Assembly (NCBI GenBank): GCA_964016885.1
Contig: OZ024741.1
Span: 252,464,001-252,528,000, forward strand
Direction of reading: 5' to 3'
Length of the DNA: 64,000 nt
Source: Eledone cirrhosa
Lineage: Eukaryota
The notes beneath the pieces are model-generated. The model was given only the letters and a program-made list of their open reading frames with translations. It made no database searches and was not told the origin of the DNA. The first letter of the stretch is position 1. The number at the start of each line of letters is the position of its first letter. This document shows, one piece after another, positions 51,114-61,981 of the stretch. Both the position numbers and the translations under genes were made by a program.

Positions 51114-53543
51114 CAATATTGTATTTGGAGGACTTTTCTCCAGGGTACCTGTGTCTATCCATTCACTCTGGGATTCATACTGGGGGTAGAAATCTCCCTG
51201 ACATTCTATATACTGGATGTTTCTATTATTTAAATCTGTAGAATACCTCACTGGGGTACCAGGAACACTGCTGTTGCTGCTCTGACATGGTAAAGGTTGA
51301 TCAATTCTGTTACATATAGCTGACTGATCAACACCTCTCCTAGTGGCCTTTGTAGATTGAGACTGACCACTCCTATATTTCAAAATACGCAGTGTGATGG
51401 ACACTACAATGACCACAGACACTATTACAGCTGCTACTATAATTATAATTAATATTGGTATATCAAATATTTTCTTCTTCTCTAACTGGACAGTGGTCAT
51501 CTGTGGTGATGTTTTGTTAGTGACTTTTAATGATAAAGACACAGTAGTTGTGGCTGACATAACTGGGGTACCAGAATCCTTGACCACAAGTACCAGTTGA
51601 TACGAGCCAGCTTCATTGAGATGAGGTGGACGTGAGAAAGACATTTGACCAGTAAAAGAGTTCAGTGTAAACAACTGTTTATTATTACCATCAAGTATTC
51701 CATATTTGAGGAAGGCATTTAAATGACTGTCCCTATCAGTGGCTTTAATCACAGTGATGGCATTGGTACTTTGTGGATGGTAGTGGACATTGATATGGAA
51801 TGGGTCAGTTGTAGGGTAGATAAAATATGGACTATTGTCATTTGTGTCTAAAACCTCAATAACAACATTGGCTGTATTATTCAATGATGGTTGACCATTG
51901 TCTTTGACAAATACTTCAAATTTATAGATGTCTTCTTCTTCTCTATCTAATGTTATGTTGCTGGTAATAAAACCATAGTCACTTATCTTAAATGGTATAT
52001 TATTTCTGTCTTTACTTAATATTGAGTAAGTTAGATGACCACCATCTCCTAGGTCTGGGTCAGTGGCATGAATAAAACCTATAGGAAAGTTAGCTTTATT
52101 ATTCTCATAAGTAAGGAAGTGGAATATATCTTTGGTAAATTGTGGTTTCACATCATTCACATCCATTACTTCAATAGAAATCTTTCTCTCTGTCTTTAAA
52201 GGAGGGCTTCCATTATCTTCACATACAAGTTTTATACTAAAATGGTCCAATGTTTCTCTATCTAGTGATTTCTTCAAAGTAATTATATATTCCTTGGATT
52301 TTAAATGTGAGAGGACAACTTTATCATGTTTTAAATTACAAGTCACCTCTCCATTCTCCCCTACATCATTGTCCACTACATTGACATAAGCTATATAACT
52401 GCCCACTTCAGTTCCTTCATAAATTGCTGCTGTATCCTTCTTTAGTTCAGACACAAAATTTATATCAATTTCTGGGGCATGGTTCTCTTCATTAAGAATA
52501 TTTACTCTTACAATGGCAAAGGAATTTAATGGAGGATTCCCACCATCTTTGGCTTCTACATATAACTTGAGAATTTTCTTTTTTTGTGATGTAAAGTGTT
52601 TTTTTACAAACAATTCTCCTGTCTGGTGGTTTATTTTAAAGTAGCCTCTTGTGCGCCCTGGAGTTTTTGAACTGATATAGTAAGTAACTTGACCATTCTG
52701 TCCTGAATCTGGGTTTTTGGCAGACAATGTCACAATAGGAATATCATTAGTATGTGTATTTTTGATGGAAATATTGTAAATATGTTTTGAAAAAACTGGT
52801 GAGTTATCATTAACATCAATTATTGTTATATGAACATGTAAAATTCCTTGTTTTGGAGGTTGTCCTCCATCTTTAGCTATCACTTCTAGATTGTAACTAT
52901 CTTTTAGTTCCCTGTCTAGTTTGTCTCCCAGAACAATTCCTATTTTAGCTCCACCTGTGATAGTTTTCCTAACAGACAATATAAATGGTTCATTGAATTT
53001 TTTCTTCATTTTATATGTAACTTCAGAGTTCTCCATTCCAATATCTTTATCAATGGCATCTGGTATTAATCTTTCTGCTCCTTCACTATCACGCTCATAA
53101 AATGTGATATTTATTTCTCTCTGTGGAAACTCTGGGCTATGGTCATTGATGTCTTGTATAATGATTTTAACTTTTATGATCTTCAAAAATGTCTTCCGTT
53201 TATGTACAGCAACTTTGATGTATCTAAAGCAATCTGACTCATATGTACACAGTTCCTCAGCATCAAGTGTTTGTGTAGTGTACAGTTTACCATCTTTTGT
53301 GACATTAAATAAGTGTGAAGAATCTGATCTTTGTCGCTGTATTTGGTTATATGTGATGAAGTTATTTTCTACAAGTGAGGCATTATTCTCCATCTGTGTG
53401 TCAGCAGCAATATCCCCAACAAATGTAAAGGGACTACTTTCTTCTTCTACATGGTAGCTCAGATCAACACAGACACAACTGTGTAGTAATAGACTGAGGA
53501 CATTGGCAAGTAAGTATGTATTCCACAAACAGTCTACTTCCAT
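51114..53543 (-). CDS. PCDH: Protocadherin copy 6, large exon (810 codons)
   Basis: Exon starts at 53576; donor at 51114/51113. Confidence 0.95.
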
Positions 53544-54474
53544 CACAAAATATTAAACCAAATCTTCTGTTTTAACCTGAAATTACAGGAGAAAATATGA
53601 AATTTCTATTAGAATTATTCACTCAATAATTGAGATTATTTGGAAAATTTATAAAAATCATCATCATAAACGATTTAACGTCCATCTTCCTTGCTAAATA
53701 TAAAATAAAAATATCATTTTTATATCATATGTGTAATGATACCTAAATTAAAATTTTGAAATTTCAATAATAAAGATTTGGAAAATTGATACAAATGTAA
53801 AATATATAATCTTTTAATCATATATCTGAATTATCATTTCAACAGAAAATTTGTTAAACAAAGGATCAAAATAAATATTCAGATGTGTCAAATAGATGAT
53901 AATGTTTTAAGTGCTAGTGCCATGATGAAATTCACCCAGTCTATTCTTTACATTTTGGAAATGCGTGTAGGTGTGATATAGCTCTAGACCTGACTGGGAG
54001 GTCAAACTCTTGATAACAGAGCAAACAGATATTTAATGATGATGAAGGTGAGAGAAAATTATCTTTTTGATATTAAATGTGAATCTATAGAGTCTGTCTC
54101 AAACATTAACTTGATATATCTGAGAATATATGTATAAACACTATTCTGATAATTTATTATAAATGAGCTTCTATTTATAGTATGTCTATGTGTTTGTTGG
54201 TATTTCATATGGAATTAGTGTTTAGTAAGAAATATAATAAAATGTTTATTTGATAATACAAATGGTACAATTTGTCATGTTATAAGTAAAACATCTTGCA
54301 GCGTATTTGTTAAAAATAACAAACATATAAAAGTAATAAGTATTTTTCTAGAAGTCTTCATATACGTTACAGTATTCATGGGAGATAACTAGCCGTAAAG
54401 TGTGTAGACATTGTAATTATGTCCCTTGTTTCATTATGGGCGTTTGGCTTCAACATTTTATCTCCTGATATTAA

Positions 54475-54693
54475 TGATTTCTAGTATAGGCACAAGACCA
54501 GTAATTTTGGGGGAGAGGATAGTCAATTAAATCGAACCCAGTACGTCACTGGTACTTTATTTTATCGACCCTGTAAGGATGAAAGGCAAAGTTAAAGTCG
54601 GCGAGATTTGATTTCAGACCGTAAAGGACTATAACTCTATCCTGCAAAGCATAGTTTCCAACTCTCTACTGATACTGCCAATCCACAGAACTC
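54475..54693 (-). mobile_element. tRNA-derived SINE with 14-bp TSD
   Basis: tctcctgatattaa at 54461-54474 and 54694-54707. Confidence 0.88.
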
Positions 54694-55221
54694 TCTCCTG
54701 ATATTAAATAAACTATTTCGCCATTGTGCTGATCGATTACTGATGTCGATATAATCGACTTTTCCTTCCCCTAAATTGCTAGCCTTGTGCCTCAATTAAA
54801 ATCCGTTATGAATCAGGTAATTTGATTAATCAACCCATTAGATTATTAATTCTTAAATATCTTTTATCAATAACCTTTTGCTCTCTGCATCTTATCAAAT
54901 ATTATAATATATACAAGTATGATATTAATGGAGGAGATGTTTTATGTGAGATAACACTTCATAAAAGGGAAAAACCATAATACAAGTGAATGTGATATTG
55001 TGTGATAGCATGATGTATATCAGGATATCACATCTTATAAATGCAGTATAAAATACATGATACTATTTAAAGCAAGTTTTAAAAGTGTTACTTAAATTTC
55101 AAAGCAATCTAACAATATAAATATCAACAATATAAATTTCAACATTATTTAAAAAATAAACTTGATAAAGATTCTTGATAATTTTTCACTAAATGTCTCA
55201 TCAGAAATAAGTAAAACTTAC

Positions 55222-55391
55222 CAAAAGTAGGAATGATACAAAATCCCCGCTGAAATATAGAACTTCTCTAATATAACAATTTCAAGTCATCCCAATTTGA
55301 TGACAACTGAAGAATCTATCAGTTGTTCCCCTATATCTAATAGCAACAGACCTGATCATGAATATATTGGCCCATTCCATCAGATATGATC
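55222..55391 (-). other. PCDH copy 6 putative 5'-UTR exon 2 (170 nt)
   Basis: Conserved splice sites. Confidence 0.7.
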
Positions 55392-56010
55392 CTAAAATAT
55401 ATGGTAATATAATAACAATATTGAATTACAGTAAAGAAAAGAGACAGAAATAATTTTTACTGCAATGTGTTAGTAACAAATTCTCTTCTATCACAACCAT
55501 GTTGAAAGCTTTTATATTTTATCCTATACACTAAACTGTAACAATTCTGTTTTCCCATATCTAATGAAAATATACACATCCTTCACAGTACAATAAGCAA
55601 TTATATAAATAGGATATAAATGATGTTGTGGCTGAAATGTTATTTATAGTTTAAATAAATTTCTCAATAATATAGCCATATTCAAAACATGTACACTCGG
55701 TACTAATGATAAACTGTAAATTTGAAATAAACAGTAAATGAAGTGTGTTTAATGTTCAGGAAAGTGTACAATATAAAGTACAACATAAAAAGGAAAATTC
55801 ATTGAGAAATATTTCTGATTGAAAGAAAAATTTGAAAAATATTTTCATCTGGACTCAAAACTACTCACTAAATATTATAAATACATTATACTACACATTA
55901 AGCTGTAAATATACAATGTCTATCTATTACTATTATATAAATATATGAACAGTATTATACCATAAACTTATAATAATGGGGAAATCACATATATATATAT
56001 ATATACATAT

Positions 56011-56354
56011 CAGTGGCGAAGGGTAACCTGGAAAGCAGGGCATGCAGTCCAATCGCCATGGCAGAAAGTGGCGCTGTGCAGCCTTACCCCGCCCCCAATT
56101 CCCTCTAAATGACCATCCCGGTCAAAGCCGCATGTAGTGTTATCTAGTGTGTGTATGTGTGTTATCTTTTTATGTGTCTATGATTTAGCAAGCAGCTAAA
56201 ATTCTGCTTGCTTGAACCGACGCTGTCGTGTGTTTGTGTGTATGTGTTATCTTTTTATGTGTCTACGGTTTAGCAAGCAGCCAAAATTCTGCTTGCTTCA
56301 ACTGATGCAATGATCAACTCAAGATTCTATAATGCATGCACGCACCCTTCGCCC

Positions 56355-56357
<3 letters not shown>
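56011..56357. mobile_element. 347-bp non-autonomous DNA transposon (hAT-like termini) in (TA)n
   Basis: 14-bp TIR CAGTGGCGAAGGGT / ACCCTTCGCCCCTG with one mismatch; internal tandem duplication. Confidence 0.75.
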
Positions 56358-56387
<30 letters not shown>

Positions 56388-56395
<8 letters not shown>

Positions 56396-57000
56396 CGTAA
56401 AATAAGAAAATTATAAAATTAACTTACTTACTAAAATATCACTTCCAACTAATTAGTTTCTGGAATGGAATATATATATTTTCCGAAGAAAACAGAGAAT
56501 CATTCCGTCGTCAGGTAAGACTATTCTCATCTAAGTATCCAGGCAAAGCGTAGACTCTGGAAACTTATTAAAAAATAATTCAGTGGATAGAAAATATCAA
56601 AACGTGGACTGAATTCCTAGCCATTGAGAAAATCACTGCCTCTGCGTCGGTGGCAAATTCAAAAAGAATCAATCACGTGACATCGAGGTCAATCAGTGGA
56701 AAGTGGTTTGCTAATAAGACAGCGGCCTGCCTGCTACCATAGCAGCAGGCGTGGCCAATATTGCTCGACAAATAATTTGGAGATAATTATAAAGAATTAA
56801 TATCTAGTAACATATATATACATACAGATGCATATCAATGCTAGCAAATATATAGGTTTTGTCTTAGTAACTCTGTGGTTCAATGCATGGGGTTTCAGAA
56901 CAATAATATGAGAGACGTAAAATAATATATTTTAGTAAGTAAGTTAATTTTATAATTTTCTTATTTTACGTCTCTCATATTATTGTTCTGCAACCCCATG
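56388..57000. mobile_element. Probable Penelope-like remnant with direct and inverted terminal repeats
   Basis: atgagagacgtaaaataa is direct at ~56388 and ~56908 and inverted at ~56961-56978. Degenerate CCGAAGA...GAAAC core at 56483-56564. Confidence 0.55.
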
Positions 57001-57288
57001 AATTAGATTAATATTAAATTAATATATAATATAATATAACTAAAATAATAGTTATTAGCTATATTAAAATATAACTAGTATATTTTATAACACTGAATTA
57101 TGAAATAGTGTAATAATAGGTTAATATTTCTTACTAACATCTATGTTATATGTGGAACAGCAGTTGATGGTATTTCTCAGAGATAGAAATGGTCTTTTAT
57201 AAATCTCTTTTGATAATTTTTTACATGTTATATTTTCACACATTATATCAAAGATGAAATATGTGAATAAAACAAAATGTACACTTAC

Positions 57289-57640
57289 CTCCATTGTCTC
57301 ATCCATAATCTATGTCTGTGTATGATACTCTGTGTTAGTGTGTGGTAGAGTGTGATAGTGTCTCTATGGTAGTAGTAGAGAGAGGGATCACAAGATGTAA
57401 CTACTACTACTGCTATTGTTGCTGTTCTTATTGCTAATGTTAGCAGTGATGCTGTTGTTATTGCTGCTGTTGTTACTGCTGCCGTTGTTATTGTTGATGT
57501 TGTTATTACTGCTGTTGTTACTGCTAGTGTTGTTAGTGCTGCTGTTGTTATTGTTGTTACTACTAGTGTTGTTATTACTGCTGTTGTTGTTGCTGTTCTT
57601 GCTGCTGCTGCTGTGATTCCTTCATCAGCAGTCTACTGTA
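57289..57640 (-). other. PCDH copy 6 putative leader exon 1
   Basis: Donor at 57289/57288; uORF ATG at 57306. Confidence 0.55.
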
Positions 57641-58127
57641 CACCAAGTGAATACCCTCCATCAGGCATCTACCATACTCTGAACGCCTTGCTTCCCTGGG
57701 CATGATACAATGGAGCTCCGATGTCTGGCAACTGACTTGGTAAACACCCACAAAATTATTAGCCATCTTGTCAACAACAACCCTGAGCATCTTTTTGAAT
57801 TCCATGTGTCTAACACCCGTAGGCATGCCTACAAAGTCAGCACAGCTCCCATGACTTTTGGAAACATTTTTTCACGCTCAGAGTTGCTGAGGCATGGAAA
57901 CTACCTGCATCAGTTGTTAGCTGTCGAGACACTGCATCCTTTAAAACCTCCATGCTTTCTGAAATTCGCCAACACTATACCTGATATCCCCGCTCCATAC
58001 ATGTATACCATGATTCATCACTTTCCTGACATTTTACATTATTCTATGTACTATACATGCACCTTTGATGAGTTGTAGTGCACCTGAGCACTGTACACAA
58101 TAATTTCATTATTATTTTAATTTTATT
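57641..58127 (+). mobile_element. CR1/L2-like LINE 3' fragment
   Basis: Frameshifted peptide LPYSERLASLG...DLVNTHKII...NTRRHAYK...WN-LP-like, typical of the CR1 ORF2 C-terminus; ATT-rich tail. Confidence 0.75.
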
Positions 58128-58431
58128 ACAGTAAGGTCCAATGTTGTGTCATAAGAGAAGTTTATAGTCTGTGTATAGTGTATAGTCTATCTATGAGTTG
58201 TGTAATGATGGGGCATGTAGTACAATTATAAGATGCTGTGTATATAAATCTATTATATATTGTAGATATTTCATTCAATATATTGTGTGTAAGCAGGCGA
58301 TGATGATAATGATGATACATATATACTTATATATACATACATATACACTTATACATACATCCATACATGTATATATAAATAAATAAATAAATACAATCAT
58401 ATATGTGTATATAGATATGCATATATATATT

Positions 58432-58467
<36 letters not shown>

Positions 58468-59589
58468 TATTTATACATATATATACACAGATATTTATGC
58501 ATGTGCATATATGTATATATATATGTATATATACACATATATATACATATATGCACATGTATAAACACATGTAAAGATATATGTATATATATATATATCA
58601 TATATATGCACACACATATATTTATACATATGTATATATGTGTGTATCACACATATATTTATACATATGTATGTGTGTATATATGTATAGATACAGAGTA
58701 TATAGACAAGACTGCATCTAATATGTAGGTATGTAAACATGCCAGAAAATATGAATTTCTCTGTAAATTGAAAACCATGATAAACTCCCTTAATCCATCT
58801 CCATATCTTATTGGACTCTCATCAGAAGATGTGTATATCATCCAATCAAGCACAAGGAAACATGTAATTGATGGGTATATATATATACTCATTCACTCTT
58901 AGTATTATTCTGAAATGGACTTAATAATTTGCCGTAATTAGCACTCCTCTTGGTAATTAGGAACAATAGATATTTCCCTGTGGTTGATTTGATGATATAC
59001 ATTCCTTCTGATGAGGGTCCAATTAGATTTGAAAGTCAATTAAAGGTGTTTTTTCACTTTTTCATTTGAGAGGTAAATTCCTATATTCTGGCATGATTAC
59101 ATGTTTACACATTAGATATGTGTTTATATGTTGGTACAGTCTTGCTTACACACTGTATTTGTACAGATATAACTCTTCAAATATACACTTCAGCTGCTAG
59201 CGCATTTCTTTATATATATATATTATGTATATACAGGGTGCCCCCCCCCCCCCCCCCCAAAAAAAAAAATGTATACACACATTGATTACCTGTACAGGCA
59301 ATATTTATTTAAATGTTGCTGATCTGTGTATACGTTTTTGGGGGATACTCTGTATACATATATATATATATATATAAATGAAAATAGAGAAATTAATGTA
59401 AGCAAAAACCAGCCCTTACCACCACACACCATCTCAACCAGCCCTTACCACTACACACCATCTCAACCAGCTCTGACCACTACACACCACCTCATGCTTT
59501 ACACCTTGAAACCAATACACAATACCACTTCTTCAGCCGAGTTTACACTCGCAAAGATTCAGCACGCTTTCTCCAATCATCTCGGTCGA

Positions 59590-60600
59590 GCAGGACATTT
59601 CACAGTTCGTCGATGTTTTCAATGTTAGCATCTCTCAGCAGGGTATCAATGAATGAGACGGCCTGTCTTCCCACATTTCTTTGTCTGACTGCCAGTTTCC
59701 AGAACACAAGTTGAGATGCTCTCTCTCCTAGAACTTTAGTCTTAGACAAGTTAACTTTAAGGCCTTTTGATTCTAGGCCATGCTTCCATATTTTGAATTT
59801 CTTCTCTAGTTCAGCCATAGATTCAGCTATGAGATTAAGATCATCTTCATATAGAAGTTCCAAAAGGGCAGCCAGTCTTAAACTCCTCTGTTATAGCCTG
59901 AAGGGCAATAATAAACTGGAGGGGGTTAAGGATGGAGCCTTGATGAACACCAACTTTTACACTAAATTCTTCACTATATTCATTGTTAATTCTAACCTTG
60001 CTGACTGTTTTTTTTATACATGGCTTTCACAAGCCACTTATCTACTCCTAGTTTTCTAAGGGCCTACCAGATAATGGAGTGGGGACTCTGTCAAAGGCTT
60101 TCTCCAAGTCAACAAAAGCTAAGTAGAGGGGTTTACTTTTAGCTAGGTACTTCTCCTGTAGTTACCATTCAAGAAAAAGAGCATCCGTGGTACTTTTACC
60201 TGGCACAAACCCAAACTGCATTTCATCTAGATCAATTTGTGCTCTAATTAGTTGTGCAATAACTCTTTCTGTGACCTTCATGACCTGGTCAATTAACTTA
60301 ATGCTTCTATAGTTTTCTCTATCTAGAGCACCTCTTTTGCCCTTGTAGCAGTTAACGATGCTGCTGCTATGCCAGTCATTTGGTATGACCCGATTCTGTA
60401 TTACCTGGTTTACTATCCGGGTGACCATAGTATGTCCTACCATTCCAGATGCTTTCAACATCTCAGCAACTATCTCCAAAGGGCCAGCTGCCTTGCCTGT
60501 CTTCATATCTTTGATTGTCTTACTTATTATACTACCATTAACTTGCAGAGCTTGTCCCTCTCTTGGATTGATTTGGGGCAGACTATCTCTTTCCCATTTA
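59590..60600 (-). mobile_element. Degenerate RTE-clade LINE reverse transcriptase fragment(s)
   Basis: MKTGKAAGP...KGK..ALDRENYRSIKL...QFGFVPGKSTTDA, LAFVDLEKAFDRVP and ELLYEDDL (YADD degenerate), with frameshifts and stops. Confidence 0.9.
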
Positions 60601-60856
60601 CTCTCCTGCTGCCTAAAGGTCTACTCCAGCCACAGATTTCATGTTACCTTCAGCAAGTTAACTTTCAAGAATTCCTACTTTTCTGCTATATTGTACATCG
60701 CTAATTGCTCTTCCTTTACTGTCAAAAGCATCAAGTAATATGCTCTTAAACTTTTTACTGGTTGTGGGGTCCTTCAACTTGCACACACACATATATATAT
60801 ATACATACATACACATGCATATATATATATACATATTATATATATATATATATACA

Positions 60857-60908
<52 letters not shown>

Positions 60909-60911
<3 letters not shown>

Positions 60912-61279
60912 ATTAAATAAATGGAAAACTATATTTATAAAACCATATCTATTTCATTATATATATTTCGGGGATATCATATTAACAATATGCTATGCCT
61001 TCATCAGACAAAATACAATATAAACAGTTTTATAGATAAATATATTCGACATACCGTAATAAACATCAACTTCATTTGAAGAGGTTTACTCTGCTAGAGT
61101 AAACCTCTTCAAATGAAGTTGATGTTTATTACGGTATGTCGAATATATTTATCTATAAAACTGTTTATATTGTATTTTGTCTGATGAAGGCATAGCATAT
61201 TGTTAATATGATATCCCCGAAATATATATAATGAAATAGATATGGTTTTATAAATATAGTTTTCCATTTATTTAATATT
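60909..61279. repeat. Perfect palindrome, 184-bp arms and 3-nt loop (Penelope-like inverted terminus)
   Basis: 60909-61092 reads as the exact reverse complement of 61096-61279. Confidence 0.92.
61173..61238 (+). ncRNA. Putative minimal type I hammerhead ribozyme (mirror copy at 60950-61015 on the minus strand)
   Basis: Stem I UAUUUUGU/AUGAAAUA, core CUGAUGA, stem II around CAUAUU/AAUAUG, GAAA, palindromic stem III UAUAUA, AUA cleavage triplet. Confidence 0.6.
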
Positions 61280-61981
61280 TAATATTGTAAATATACTCCA
61301 AATATTTGTCGAGTGCTTTTATATCAGTTATAAATATTTACTAGTTGTAACCCAACAATTTTAAATATAACTTTACATATATATATATATATATATAAAT
61401 ATATATATATGTATGTATGCATGTATGCATATGTATATGGATGTATATATAAATATGTATATATATGACTTGGTGCCAATCCTGTCTTGACAGTTTGTTA
61501 TGATGGTTCCATCTAGGTGGTTTACTATATTTACTAGTAGTAATACCTGAAATTGCTTGGAAAACAGATGGTTAAAGCAGTGAACAGAACTTTGGAAAAT
61601 TTCTCCGAAACATATTATTTGAAATACAACATTTATTTCCTTTGTAACAACATATGTTGTAGTTATCATTTGTTGATGGCTATTTCTGATGACAGAAATG
61701 TGAAAAAAAAAATAAATAATAATAATTTGATACTATCTGCAGGAATTTACAAAGAGTATAAATGGTTTTTAAAATACCACCGAGTCTCACATATGTTGGG
61801 GGAGGATTGTAATTGATTATATGAATTCAGGTACTTGACTAGTGTTTTATTTTATTAACCATGGAAGCAGAAAAGGCCAACTCACTTTCACAGAGCTTAG
61901 AATGTTAACAGACCTAATACAAATCAGCAATTGCATCGCTTTCAACAACTAACTATGCTAAAATAGTTATAATAACTAATT

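Noticed and set aside
1449-53543. Vertebrate-style variable exons spliced to a shared constant region
   Set aside because: Each unit has its own terminal exon with a stop. A distant shared exon is not needed, though it cannot be excluded without RNA data.
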